DNA of 64,000 bases from Felis catus (GCF_018350175.1 NC_058368.1:195550001-195614000); one strand, 5' to 3'. Positions 47,960 to 60,385 are shown, counted from the first letter of the stretch. The notes: generated from the letters alone by a model not told the origin. Translations and numbers: made by a program.

Positions 47960-50900
47960 TGGGTTGTTTTCTTTTTGTGGACGAGTGAGATCAAGCTTTT
48001 ATGAGGTCCAGCTACGTTCCCCAAAGTATATTTCCAAAGAGGAGTTTTATAGGTATTACGTGCAAAAATGTGCCATGAGAAATGTTTGGAAAAAACTAGT
48101 TTAAGTAAAGATAAGCACGTTGGTTTATTTCAGAACTTCTCACGGCCTTTACCATGTCAAGTCCCGTTATGAAGCTGCAGGAGGGATATAAAATAGGCTA
48201 CATCTATTTGTTCGGTTTTGGCATTTCCCGGTGTTTTTGCTCATAGAGCCCTATTTTCTTGGAGTATTTCAGTTGGAAGGGCTGGGCTGGGGATTATCTG
48301 GGGATAGTGGGGCTCTGGGGCCGGCTTTCACCGGCTTGGGAGAGCAGCGAGCATCTTCACGTTCAGTGAAATCTGCTGATGGCTCGAAAGCATCCCTTGT
48401 TGGAAGTATTTACACCACAGAAATTGGCAGTTGTTACAAATCGGGGCTTTTTTGCTTTTGTTCCCAGAGACTAGGTTGTTAAGTACGTGCCAGCATTACC
48501 ACTGTTTGGTGGTCTTAGCCACCACCCCCGGACAGGGGGAGAGTCGGGGCTGCTATGAATAAATGTTCAGTCTTCCCCCATCCGGGCCTGTGTAGAACCT
48601 TCCCTCCTAGTCCGAGGGGAGCCCAGGAGTGAGTGAGAGGTAACCTTTGTCTCTTTCTCCCCAGAACGATACCTCTGGCGAGTACAAGAGGGCTCTGCTG
48701 AAGCTATGTGGGGGTGACGATGAGTAAGTGTCTCCTTGGCCCCAGGCTGGAGGGAGTGGCCTCGGGGGGTGGCAGGCCTGGACTCCCCAGCCCTCATCCT
48801 GATGGATGGATGGATTGGATGAGCGTGGGGCTTCCTCGGTGCCGGGAACAGCGCACAGGTGAAAGTCTGTCTGTGTGTGTGAACGTGAATGTACTCCCCC
48901 AGACGTGGAGATGTCTGCTATTGTGACCTTGGAAAGTCAGTCTGGGGGTGTGGACTGGAAGCCAGATGTGAGGGTCCAGGCCCTGCTACTTCATAGCTGC
49001 CTTTCTGTTTCATCAGCTGTTAAATGGAAAACATGCAGGTGCCTGCTCTGCGTACTCATTTGTTCATTGTACTTGTGACAAGTACCCTCTGTGAGCAGGC
49101 ATTGCGGGGAAGGACGGGTGAGGTCCACAGCCCGGCGACGTACATAGACCAGTGCAGGGTGGTCTCGGGATGGGGAAAGGATACATGTCTATGAATGCAC
49201 AGATCAGGGCACTAGCCCATCCTGGGGGAGGCTCCTGGAGGTAATGAGGCAGAGAGGCCCAAGGAGGAAGGTGAGGAAGAGGAGGAGGTGAAGACAGGGT
49301 CTGAAGGAGAGTGGGTGGAGGAAAGGTCTAGTGATGTGCAGGGGTAGCCTGGTTCGTTTCTGTAACCGAGGCCACACTTTTGCAGAGTGCCAGGGAAGAG
49401 AAGAGGCTGAGAGGTGGGCGGGGCCTGCGGGCCTCCTCCTGGCATAGGAACCTCTCCCCGGGGTGGTGGGAGCCATTGAAGAGATTAAGTTGGGCTTGAC
49501 TTGACCAGATTTGTGTGCTAGGAAGGGAGCTGTAGGTACTCTGATTTTCCCTCCCAGGGCTTATAAGGATCCAGTTAAGTAAGGAATGGGAGAACCTCCT
49601 GTTAACCTCTGACAAGTGCCTTGGGGGCTGATTTCAGTTCAACAGACATTTACTGAGCCCTTGATATACCCAGGTGCTTTACAGGAGGCGATAAAGAGGT
49701 GACACGGCCATAAGCTGGTCATGGACTTGTTTGAAAGGGGAGACTTGGACAGAAATCACTCAAGTTATAAGGAAGAAAGGGGAGGTCAGAGGATTCGAGA
49801 AATCCCATCCCGCTGGGAACTTGGGGCCAGGAAGGCTGCTGGGCAGAACCAGCATTGCAGGGGGTCTCAAGAGAGGGTAGAAGGTTTTCAGAAATGGGGG
49901 AGAGGACTCTGAATGGATGAGGCTAGAGAGAAGGTGGAGCCAAACAGATTTACTTAAAGCCTGTGTCGGCGTATGTGTGTGTACGTGGCTGTGTGTTGTG
50001 TGTGTGGAGCCTTGCCCACGATGACGTTCCCTCCTGTCCTCTCCCCAACCCCCTCCATTCCAGTGCTGCTGGCCAGTTCTTCCCGGAGGCAGCGCAGGTG
50101 GCCTATCAGATGTGGGAGCTTAGTGCAGTGGCCCGAGTAGAGGTCAGACCCTCCCCACCTCCTGCTTGACCTCTTGACCACAAGCTTGGACTCTTCTGCT
50201 CGCACCTTCCTGCTGCTCTGTTTGGCACCCAGCCGCCCCCTGGTGGCCAACCTGAGACATTGGTTTCCCACATCTGAAGCTTCCTTGTCTTTTAGGAGTG
50301 ATGAGTTTCTGGTGTGGGCATCTGATTCCTGCATTAACTTCTAACACACTGGGAAGCGTTGTGGCCCACTAACTACTAACAGGGCTTGCTGAATGGAGAC
50401 ATGTCTGGTTGTGTGGAGAGGCCTGTCTCATCCTGGGGCAGACAGTTGGCCTTTGGAGGCATGAAAACAGAGGGGCACCCGGAGGGACACAGGACGATTC
50501 GAGGTTGTTCTGACCACCCGGAGACCCAAGGTCCACAGAAGTACTTGGGGCAAACCGTTCCAGGCCCTGGTAACACTTGGTCCATGTGAAAACATTTGGA
50601 ACCTTGCAATCTGTTACTCACTTACCAAGCCCCCTCTTTCTGGGCCTCTGTCTCCATGTTTAGAATGAGGTGTTAGACACAGCAAGCTCAGTGCCTTCCC
50701 AGGGCTCTTGAGCTCTGATGCTCTAGAACAGCATTTCCCAAATTACAAGGCAAGAGCTGTCACTGCAGATGACCTTAAATTATATAAGAAATGAATTAGT
50801 GTGGAGGTGGGGAGCCTCCGCGGCATTAAATAAGACTGAACCTCACGGAGTGAGAGCATTACTCCTTTTCGATTTCATCAGCGCAACTCATTTTGTCAGA

Positions 50901-53900
50901 GAGGCCCCATTGGGTGCCACGCTCCCCGGCTTTCCTTTTTCACAAACAACTTAGAGAGCCGGCTTCAAGTTCAGAGCTTTTGGCGAGCAACGGCGTCTCG
51001 TTAAATTTGGTGATGTTTGACAACGTCGTGGTTTTCTCTTTCTTACATTTATTTTCATGGCTTATCATCTGTTTATGGCACATCATACCAATTTCCACTT
51101 CATGAGAGCAGTGTAAAGTTATTTTCATTCATTCAGCAAATATTTTTTGAGTGCTTGCTTCTGTTGTGGATACTTCGGATATCTCCAAGAACAAAATGAA
51201 CAAAACTCCTTGCCCTTTAGGAGTATTTCAATGTACTTAAAGATGAACGCATTTAAGTAAAGCAGAAAAGTTGAATTACATAAAAATATGAAGAAATAAC
51301 ATAGGATGTATGCAAATATGACATCAGGAACCTCACTTAGGAGTGACTGAAATTTGGGAGATTCTGTTCTGGTATTTCAGGATATTTTGGTTGCCTTTTC
51401 ACAGGGAGGGACTCTTGAAGAGGCAGGAGGGCCTTGGGGACAGGGCACAGTTCTAAGGGACTGGGGAGGCCCCAGTGGAGCTAGGACAGAGCTGACTTCC
51501 TGGGGCAGGAAGCTGGCCACTTTTCCCTTGACCAGCACTTGCCCTGCTCCCAGGCCTGGGTCTGTCTCTCCTCCTCTCTCTTTCTCAGCTGTAGGGCAGG
51601 GGCCTGTCTGCTGTGCCTTCACCCCTGCCTCTCTCCCCCCAAGCTGCTTGGTTTGGGGCTCGTGGGGAAAGCCTCCCTTCCCTTGCATGCTCCTCTAGTG
51701 GCTTGGCCCCCAGGGGGGCCTGCAGGCACCTGCTGAGTCTCTTTCTGCTTCTTGCAGCTGAAGGGAACTGTGCGTCCAGCCGATAACTTCAACCCTGATG
51801 CAGATGCCAAAGCGCTGCGGAAGGCCATGAAGGGACTTGGTAAGGGGACACGAAGGGGGCAGGCTGGCCTCTGGGGCAGCGGGCACGGCAGGTTTGGCAG
51901 CGGGCCAGGCAGGAGTAAGAGCTCAGGCCTCAAAGGAGGGTCCATAGAATGAGGCAAATTTTACATAAGTCTCTAACCTCCAGAGGAGACTCCTGGCTCC
52001 CTGAGTATAGGGAGCAGGGGAGTGAGGAGGTTTGTAAGGAACTTGGCACAAGCCCTTTCTAGTGCAGAAGAAAGTACGAAGTTATAAAGCCTGGGTTCTC
52101 CCACTGGCTTTGCCTTAGACTCACTCTGTAACTTTAGGCAAGTCCTTCAACCCCTCCAAGTGTCCACCCCCTCCCTGCCATGTGTAAAAGAAGAGATGTG
52201 GGCCCATTGATCCAAGAGTCCCAGTTCTGGGCTGAGAGCGCCCTCTGCTGGTTATCACATCGCATTCTCCATTTGGAACACGTGGGAAGAACCACTCTGG
52301 ACAGATGCCCTGTTCTCAGAAAGGCCAGCAGGCACAGAGCATCCAGAATCTGGCTACTGTCATCCTTTCTCCCCCCAGTCCGTCTAACGGCACCTCCCAG
52401 GGGCCTTGGCTTAAGTTCTCTCCCTTCTGAGCCTCATCTTCATTTGTTTCCTGGGAATGATAATATCTACTGAGCACAGCTAGGACTGTAAGATGACAGG
52501 TATGAAAGCACTTGTGAAAGGTAGAGTCCTGTGCCAGGTCTGAGGTCCAAGGCATTAATCTGAGAGGCTGGAGGTGGTATCCTGATGTCTCCCAGAGTCA
52601 ACTTGCTGTGGTTAGAAAGACTTGGGCTCCAGTTTCCAGGGAGTTGAAGAGGAGGGACACGGGGTCCCCATGGGATTTAGATTGCCAGGCTAGAAGGATC
52701 CCCTAGTAACTACTCCGGGCTCTTCAGGGGATAGGTGTGGAAATTGAGCCTCAGAAAGGGGCCAGGACCTGCTCAGCCGTTGCCAGAACCAGGGCTGGAA
52801 CTTGGAGGCCCTGCCTCTCAACCCAGGACTCCCTGCTCCTCTGGGGGTCTTTTTCTCAGCCAGTGAGCAGACAGATGGAAGTGCCAGGAGGAACCTTGGG
52901 CAGTCAGTGGCTTGGGCCAGAGACAGGCTTCCTGCAGGTGCTCAGGGGCCCTAGCCAGGCTTCTACCCTGCCTAAGATTGGGACAGCCCATCCGTGGGGG
53001 GACGTGGGGAAGCCTGGCCACGGGCCTCCCTCTGAGCCGTGTGGCTTTGGTGATTCAGGAACTGATGAGGACACCATCATCGACATCATCACGCACCGCA
53101 GCAACGCCCAGCGGCAGCAGATCCGCCAGACCTTCAAGTCACACTTTGGCCGGGTGAGGCTTCAGCCGGGGGCCCGGGGCCCGCACCCTCCCTCCTCCCA
53201 GGGGCGTGGCCTGTCACTGCCAGCTCTGCACAGTTGGGCACCTGGGTCTTCATGGCACTGGGGCTCCTGTGGCTCCCTGTGGCTCCCGTGTTCTTGGAGT
53301 ATCTCCCACATCGGTTTCGGGCTGCCTGCAACACGTTCTCTCCATCCCCCGCTTCCTTGTGATCGGTACCTGGGGGCAGAGATGAAGGACATGAGTTGTT
53401 TTCATGTAGCATTTTCTGGATCTCGGAGCTCCAGAGGCTTCAAGGCCCCAAGGCTGAGCGTCAGTGATTATTGTGCCTTGGTGTCATGCTGGCGACTTTC
53501 CCCCGGGATGGAAACGATGTCCTTTGGCACGTCCCTTTCCTTGCCTGCCTCCTTGCCTCCAAGGAGAGTGGGTCTTCCTGCTGTTTTTTTTTTTTTTTTT
53601 TATCCCGCCCTCTTTAGCGTCCTCTAAATAGTAAACAAAGACAAACAGCAGCAAAGACAGACACAGTCTCCCTCTATCCCCTGCATTCACATGGAGCCCC
53701 CATTTCCTCATTCCATATCTCCTCCCTATCCTGGGTCACATGTGAGCAAGTGCTGATGTTGGCGTGACCTCAGCCCTGCCTTTTGTAGGACTTGATGGCT
53801 GACCTGAAGTCGGAGATCTCTGGAGACCTGGCGAGGCTGATTCTGGGGCTCATGATGCCACCGGCCCATTACGATGCCAAGCAGTTGAAGAAGGCCATGG

Positions 53901-56900
53901 AGGTATGGTGTGGGCACCGACGGGATGGGGTCTAGTCTGCAGGTGGTGGGGGGACACAGGTGCTCCTCACAAGCCCAAATGGCTTGGCTATAGCTCCTTG
54001 GCCGAGCCCTTCCCACGCCCGGTTCAAACTAGCATGAACACCAAAGGGGGTGTTGGCTCCTATAACTGAAAGGTAGAGGCCTCCCATCTGGTTTTAGACA
54101 TGGCTGAGTCCAGGGACTCAAATAATGGTATGTGGCCTCTTATCTCTGCCCAACTTGGTTGTCTATCCTCTGTGGTAGCTACACTCTCAGAGACCGTTTC
54201 TCCTCGTCATAGACAGTAGGACGGCTGGTGTCTGTCCTACCAGCTAGCACCTCTGTTCCTTCTTCCTAGGCGTTCCGCCAAAATCTTGGCTTCTACTCTG
54301 GTTGATGCAAGTGAGGTCACGTGCCCAGTGATCGGCGGTGTCACTGGGATCTCAGGGAGCAGTAGAGGAAGCAGAATGGATCTGGAAGGAAAACAGCAGC
54401 AGTTGGAGTCTGTATTCTAGTCCGGCCTCACCACTAACTTACTGTGTGATGTTGGGCCACTTGCACTAAGTTTCCATGCCTTCAGCTGTGAAATGGGAGC
54501 AGTCACCCCTGCCTTTCAGACATTAGAGTGGGTCAAGCAAGGTCATGGGCATGGAGGGCACTATTAACTCTGAAGACCTGCCCTGGTGATTGGTTAGCAA
54601 GAAAGGGCGTCATGTCCTGGCGCAGTTGTTTCTGGAGCTGCTTTTCTTCCCGAGGCAGCAGCTGTACCCGGGACTGGTCTCCTTTCTAGGAGCATCCAGT
54701 AACCTGTCCCTGGCTCCATATACTAGCCCAGCTGTTTGTCTCAACCCACAAGGCAAGGCTTTTACTTTGTCCCCGTTTTACAAGTGAGGAAACTCATGTT
54801 CAGAGGCCAAATTACTTGATCAAAGTCACAGCATTATGAAATCCACAGGGCGGGGATTCAGAACGACTCTGTCTGACTCTAGAGCCTGATCCAACAACCA
54901 CATGAAACCACTAGGGCTTTTGGCCCGTTGAGGATTAAGAGAAGAAAACAGACATTCCCTGGGCAAAGCAAATTGAGATTATCGTCCATTTAAAATGCCC
55001 CGACAGGGGCGCCTGGGTGGCGCAGTCAGTTAAGCGTCCGACTTCAGCCAGGTCACGATCTCGCGGTCCGTGAGTTCAAGCCCCGTGTCGGGCTCTGGGC
55101 TGATGGCTCAGAGCCTGGAGCCTGTTTCTGATTCTGTGTCTCCCTCTCTCTCTGCCCTTCCCCCGTTCATGCTCTGTCTCTCTCTGTCCCAAAAATAAAT
55201 AAACGTTGAAAAAAAAAAAAAAATTTAAAATGCCCCGACAAAAAAGCAAATGATTTGAGAACACGGAGTTTAGAACTTGAAGGGACCAGTGAGCTAACCT
55301 GACCTAACGCTTTCCATTCCCACAGTTTACAAATGGGAAACTGAGGGAGGCCCCCACATCTGTGAGCTCGGGGAAGGGAAGGGTGGGGCTAGACCCTGGG
55401 TCTTAGGATGCTCTGAGGATCAGGCTGTCTTCCCCACGTGCTTGCTTTTTTTTTTTTTTTTTTTTTTAATTTTTTTTTCAACGTTTTTATTTATTTTTGG
55501 GACAGAGAGAGACAGAGCATGAACGGGGGAGGGGCAGAGAGAGAGGGAGACACAGAATCGGAAACAGGCTCCAGGCTCTGAGCCATCAGCCCAGAGCCCG
55601 ACGCGGGGCTCGAACTCACAGACCGCGAGATCGTGACCTGGCTGAAGTCGGACGCTTAACCGACTGCGCCACCCAGGCGCCCCTCCACGTGCTTGCTTTT
55701 AATAAAGAGCCTGTTAAGATCTCAGTCAGCCTCAGTCTGCTTGAGGTCAGAGAACCCACGGACTGGCCGACCAGCAGGCAGCAACCTCCAAGGGCGGTGA
55801 ACGCTCCTTACTTTTTTTTTTTTATAGTTGTGGCCGCAGCAGCTTGTTCAGTGACTGGCACATTGCAGGTGTTTAACAGATATTTAAATCTATCGATCGA
55901 TCTGTCTTGTTCACCTCCCTCCCTTCCCCCAAAGTGGGGACCTTTGAGTAGCACATCCCCCCAAGCCACCTTAATCCAGAGGGCCTAATGTATCTGTCCA
56001 TAGATCACTCATCAAATCCAAATGTAAACAAATACGGCATGTTTTTTTCCTTAAAGCACAAAAATTTCTTCTTCTGGCAAAATAACATGTGAGAAAATAC
56101 AGAGCAAAAAAAGAAGAAACTAGAAATCACCTATGAGCCTTTGCCCACCCAGAGACCATAATCACTATTATACTGTGATGCATTACTTCTAATTCTTTTT
56201 ATACCCTTATATATAAATATTTATAGTCAGAGACATATGTGTATATGCCTTTTTATATGCACATACCCATATACCACATACTCTTTTCTTTTAAATTTTT
56301 GGCCCAAAGCACTTCTCATGGAAGGTTCTGGAAATCTTGACAAGCTGGCATGTTCCATCGTGATTGTGCTATCTCTGGTCTGGGGGTAAGGAGAAAATCC
56401 AGGAAGGCTTGGTGGTCTGTGTGATTGCCTCCTGGGTGGTTTCTTGGACCAGGGACCTCCTTGGCCGGGGCCCCTCAGGCCTCTGATGGGGGTCAGGGCT
56501 GTGGCTCAAGTGTTCTTCATCTTCACATTCTAGGGAGCTGGCACAGATGAAAAGGCTCTCATCGAAATCCTCGCTACTCGGACCAATGCGGAAATCCGGG
56601 CCATCTGTGAGGCCTATAAGGAAGGTGAGTGTGGGAAGCCTTGGGCCCAGTGCCGCTGGGAGGTGGTGGGAGAAGAGTGACCTCTCCAGCTCTGACGTCA
56701 CCCCACTGCTCTGCCCCATCTCCCCTCGCTCAGGCACGAGGCTGTGATAAGCCCCTGGGTGTGCGCAGCCCTGTGTCTGAGGAAAGGGTGCCCCAGGCAG
56801 AGAGTCGCAGCTCCACGAAGGCCTGGAGGAAACAGTGAGAGGAGAGAATGTCCAGGCCTCTGGGGGACAGGAGGGCAGCGTCCTGGGTGGGCGGCCTGTG

Positions 56901-58256
56901 CAGTCACTCCGAGCCCTCGTTCAGAAGGCCTGTGCTGGGTCACAATATTATTTTAAAGAATCTTGAGTACCCATCAAAAACGTTTAAACTTTCCCCTTAT
57001 AAGCGGCTTTAAAGCAGTAGACCTTTTGAGCAGCGGAGTGACACGGCCTGAGCCCTGCTCGTGGGTCTGACACCTGTCCTGCAGGAGGGAAGACAGGGAG
57101 GCTATGAAGCAGGAGAGGCAGGATTCCCAGAGTCCTCAGCTGGGACAGGGGGAGGGAGGCGATGGACTGGAGGCATCAGCGTCGCGATCCACAGTTCCGT
57201 GGCTGGAGGCTCCCAAGAACCAACCACAAACTCCTTCGTCCCCACCACTCCTGCCAATGCGCTCTGGCTCAAGTCTGAGGTTCTAGAAGCAGCCCCCCAT
57301 CCTTGCCCAGCAGCTGCCCACACACCCTCTCTCTGTCTCAGACTATCACAAGTCCCTTGAGGATGCTCTGAGCTCAGATACGTCTGGACACTTCAAGAGG
57401 ATCCTCGTCTCTCTGGCCACGGTGAGTGAGTTCACGGCCCCCCCTGGGGGCCTGGGACGATGGCAGGGAGCTAGGAGCCCAGTCCTGATGAAGAAAGGGT
57501 GTCTTCCCCACCCACGTGCCTTCTCAGTCCCACTGCTGAGACCATGACTGCCTCATGTAAGGCCTTCTCCCACTGTTCACTTTCTTTTTTCTTTTTTTTT
57601 TAAAGTTCATTTATTTAGAGAGAGAGAGCACACAAGCAGAAGAGGGGCAGAGAGAGAGGGAGAGAGAGAATCCCAGGTAGGCTCTGCACTGTTAGTTCAG
57701 AGGCTGACGTGTGGCTTGATCCCATGAACTTTGAGATCATGACCTGAGCCACCAAGAGCCAGACACTTAACTGATTGAGCCGCCCGGGAACCCCTCACTG
57801 TTCAGTTTTCAAAGCTGGCTTGGTGCCACCTTCTCCCAGCAGGCCCTCCCCAGTGACCCTCAGCCCAGCTTTTTGGGCCCCCAGCTCACAGGGCAAAGCC
57901 ACGTGGGTGACCTCCATATGACCCACAAGCTTCCTTCACCATCGCCTGACTTCCTGAAACCCGGTCGCCAGGCCCCGACACACAGCACTGCAAGCTCATT
58001 ATGTCCGAGTCGCCCTGCGCTAAGTGCCTTCAGATTTAACGTTCACAACAGCCTCGCTCTGAGGGCAGGATTATTGCCCCCATGTGAAAGCTGAGAGAAA
58101 GGGTTCGGAGAGCCAGAGTAGCTGAGCCAACGTCCTGTGGCCGCTGAGGGGCAAAGAGGGTGGATGTGTGGGGACTGATCTTTCTCGCTGGTCCTGCTGC
58201 AGGGGAACCGTGAGGAGGGAGGAGAAGACCGGGACCAGGCCCGGGAAGATGCCCAG
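32650..58256 (+). CDS. ANXA6: Annexin A6, coding exons 2-20 (524 codons; 3'-partial)
   Basis: 19 GT-AG exons splice into [22 protein letters not shown]...[13 protein letters not shown] with annexin GxGTDE repeats and the ANXA6-specific linker [26 protein letters not shown]. Confidence 0.98.
33535..33753 (+). mobile_element. SINEC
   Basis: Consensus head and tail. Confidence 0.9.
35552..35766 (-). mobile_element. SINEC
   Basis: TSD ttgaagggaacatttt. Confidence 0.93.
36697..36872 (-). mobile_element. SINEC
   Basis: Reverse-complement consensus. Confidence 0.88.
38008..38098 (+). CDS. ANXA6: ANXA6 exon 3
   Basis: [34 protein letters not shown]; 91 nt. Confidence 0.97.
38799..38893 (+). CDS. 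ANXA6: ANXA6 exon 4
   Basis: [31 protein letters not shown]; 95 nt. Confidence 0.97.
39441..39554 (+). CDS. ANXA6: ANXA6 exon 5
   Basis: [38 protein letters not shown]; 114 nt. Confidence 0.97.
40513..40634 (+). repeat. 60-bp tandem duplication spanning the ANXA6 intron 5/exon 6 junction
   Basis: 40513-40572 versus 40573-40632, 4 mismatches. Confidence 0.95.
40610..40700 (+). CDS. ANXA6: ANXA6 exon 6
   Basis: [30 protein letters not shown]; 91 nt. Confidence 0.97.
41634..41713 (+). CDS. ANXA6: ANXA6 exon 7
   Basis: [26 protein letters not shown]; 80 nt. Confidence 0.97.
42339..42543 (-). mobile_element. SINEC
   Basis: TSD acaatgtgtttt. Confidence 0.92.
43800..43856 (+). CDS. ANXA6: ANXA6 exon 8
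   Basis: [19 protein letters not shown]; 57 nt. Confidence 0.96.
44544..44637 (+). CDS. ANXA6: ANXA6 exon 9
   Basis: [31 protein letters not shown]; 94 nt. Confidence 0.97.
45069..45164 (+). CDS. ANXA6: ANXA6 exon 10
   Basis: [31 protein letters not shown]; 96 nt. Confidence 0.97.
46298..46356 (+). CDS. ANXA6: ANXA6 exon 11
   Basis: [19 protein letters not shown]; 59 nt. Confidence 0.97.
47439..47561 (+). CDS. ANXA6: ANXA6 exon 12
   Basis: [41 protein letters not shown]; 123 nt. Confidence 0.97.
47916..47949. repeat. (GA)n microsatellite
   Basis: Direct reading. Confidence 0.95.
48305..48504. mobile_element. MER63-like hAT remnant
   Basis: Terminus ggttgttaagtacgtgccagcattaccactg; family from memory. 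Confidence 0.45.
48665..48723 (+). CDS. ANXA6: ANXA6 exon 13
   Basis: [19 protein letters not shown]; 59 nt. Confidence 0.96.
50064..50142 (+). CDS. ANXA6: ANXA6 exon 14 (inter-lobe linker)
   Basis: [26 protein letters not shown]; 79 nt. Confidence 0.97.
50232..50249 (-). promoter_or_regulatory. CTCF core motif (reverse)
   Basis: Reverse complement TGGCCACCAGGGGGCGGC. Confidence 0.6.
51758..51839 (+). CDS. ANXA6: ANXA6 exon 15
   Basis: [27 protein letters not shown]; 82 nt. Confidence 0.97.
52237..52252 (-). promoter_or_regulatory. CTCF core motif (reverse)
   Basis: Reverse complement ACCAGCAGAGGGCGCT. Confidence 0.6.
53059..53153 (+). CDS. ANXA6: ANXA6 exon 16
   Basis: [31 protein letters not shown]; 95 nt. 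Confidence 0.97.
53789..53902 (+). CDS. ANXA6: ANXA6 exon 17
   Basis: [38 protein letters not shown]; 114 nt. Confidence 0.97.
55006..55222 (+). mobile_element. Young SINEC
   Basis: TSD tttaaaatgccccgaca; CpGs largely intact. Confidence 0.95.
55446..55683 (-). mobile_element. Young SINEC
   Basis: TSD ccacgtgcttgctttt; long T tract. Confidence 0.95.
56534..56624 (+). CDS. ANXA6: ANXA6 exon 18
   Basis: [30 protein letters not shown]; 91 nt. Confidence 0.97.
57342..57421 (+). CDS. ANXA6: ANXA6 exon 19
   Basis: [26 protein letters not shown]; 80 nt. Confidence 0.97.
57580..57794 (-). mobile_element. SINEC
   Basis: TSD cactgttca. Confidence 0.88.
58203..58256 (+). CDS. ANXA6: ANXA6 exon 20
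   Basis: [18 protein letters not shown]; 54 nt; donor CAG|gtgaga. Confidence 0.96.
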
Positions 58257-60385
58257 GTGAGAACCCCCCAAGCGGCTCTAGCTGACATCCGTCCGTGCCA
58301 GACCCTGGCTGTCTGGGAGTGGGGAAGGCCCCTGGCAGGGACATGGCTGACTTAGTTGGTGGATATTTAGACTCATGGACCCCTTGCACCTCTCTACCCC
58401 TTAGAAGCAAGACTTTGAGTGTTTTCACAACTTCCAGAAAGATTCTCACGACTGTGGTGCTGGTCCTACTGGCATTTCCTGGGTGAAGAGTAGGCTGAGA
58501 GCCCTCAGACCTTCAGAGCTGAGAGGGCCTTATAGATCATCCGGGTCAAACTCCTCATGTTACAGTGGGAAAATGGAGGCCCAGGGAGGATGAATAACTT
58601 CTGAAAGTCACACAGCAAATCAATGGCCCAGGTAGAATTGACCCAGAGGGAGCAGGTCCAGAAGCTTGCTGGGAAGGGGCCCTGAGTGCTAATGGTCTCG
58701 AGTTTATTATTTATGAAATGGAACCAAGATTGAAGGAAGTGTCCTGGGAAAACCTAGAAAATGAGTTCATCCGGGGCTGGGATCTTTGTCCTGCTCACTG
58801 ATGTATCCAAAGTGGCACATGGTCAGAACTCAGTAAATATTTAATACTAAATGAATAATGGAGTCAAGGGCTCTCTTAGGTCTTTTAGCTGCTCTGCTTC
58901 TGTCCTGCTCCTTAGGCTGGGGCGCGTGAGGTCTCGAGGCTGGACAACCCCAAATCCGTCATCCCTGAGAGTCCTTATGGTTGGGCAGTCCCTCCTGAGG
59001 CCGTGTGCACTGTCCCCACTCACCTGTGCCTTGCTCCCAGTACCCTCTGGCCTGACCCAGGTCCAGGCGTTGGGCACAGACACCACAGACTAGGATCTGG
59101 CCCCGCTTCCTTTACAGTTGGTGGGTTGAAAAGAACCCTGATGGATTGGGGGTGGAGGCACCAGCTCCGACCCCTGCTCCGCCAACAGAGAAGTGGGGAG
59201 TGTTATACCAGCATCTGAGCTGCGAGAATCCTTAGCTGTAACCCAACGGTTACGAAACTATAAAATGCATACCAATACAAAGCATGATGCTAAGACTATT
59301 TTATACTTTATCATATTCCCTTTTTTACGGGAGGAAAATGAAGCTCCTATCCAAGGGTTTGGTTTCTAAGTGGCTGTGGTGTGACTTGAATCCAGGCCTG
59401 CCTGACTCCAAAGTTTATGCTAATACAGGACCCAGTATGGCAATTTCCCTGCAGCTTCCAGACCAGGTGGCTGCTGCTTTCCAGTTGTGCGGCCCCTGGT
59501 TTGGGATGCAGGTGTCAGAAGCTGCAGGGCTCCGTTTAAATGTGGTTTTCCAGCTGCATGTGGGCGTATTTATGGGGGCTAGCCTGGGAACCCAGCCCCT
59601 GGGGCGGCCTGTTGAGGCCACATTTCGTTCGCTTATTCAACATATGTGTATTAAGTACTACTACGAACAGTCTCATTGTGCCCTTGAGGGTATTTGAACG
59701 TGGCTTCCTCCTTAGAGCTCACCCCAAACCCATCCTCCACCCTGAAATTCATCCTCTAGGGAATGAGTCCACCTGGGGCCTACCTATGGGGCTGTGCTTC
59801 CAGTTGTGGCCAGCAGGGGACAGTAGTGGGCCACACTGGCTAACAGTGCAAAGACGAAGGGGTGAGAGAGAACCTGGGTGGAAACACGGAGGCCTGCCCA
59901 ACTCAGCTGCCCGTCCAGATTCACAGATGCTAGACCCTGATTAGTCTTCATGTGGGCTCATTTTCTTCGAGCCAGAATACTTGGTTTCAAAAGTAATACA
60001 TCTTCCTCTGTAGAGCCTCTAGAAAATAGAGACGAGCCAAAATAAAGAAAGAAATCCATAACCTACTAGTAATAGCCATTGCTCGTATTTTGGAATATAT
60101 CACTTTAGTTGTCTTTTTGTGTGTATATAAAAATGCATTCCTGATGTATAACAGTTAAAAATTAATATTCTGTGAGTACTGTTCCTATTTTTAAAAACTG
60201 ACATCCCTTCATGGCCATGTACTATTCCATTTAAGAAGCTACCAAGCTTTCTTTAACCAACCCTCTTCCTGGTCACCAACTCTTCCATCATATGCAGGAA
60301 TGTTTTCCTTAAATAGGTTTCTAGAGGCGAAATGGGAAAGCCAGAGGAAAATGTCTGCAAAACTTGAAGGCGTTTGGTCTGTAGA

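Noticed and set aside
52737..53627. 296-aa ORF, the longest in the track
   Set aside because: It is ANXA6 exon 16 plus chance open flanking intron; the non-exonic parts look non-coding
59467..59484. cag|GTGGCTGCTGCTTTCCAG resembling the 18-nt alternative ANXA6 exon 21 (VAAEIL)
   Set aside because: It encodes VAAAFQ, has no GT donor after 18 nt and a poor pyrimidine tract. The real exon probably lies beyond the window.
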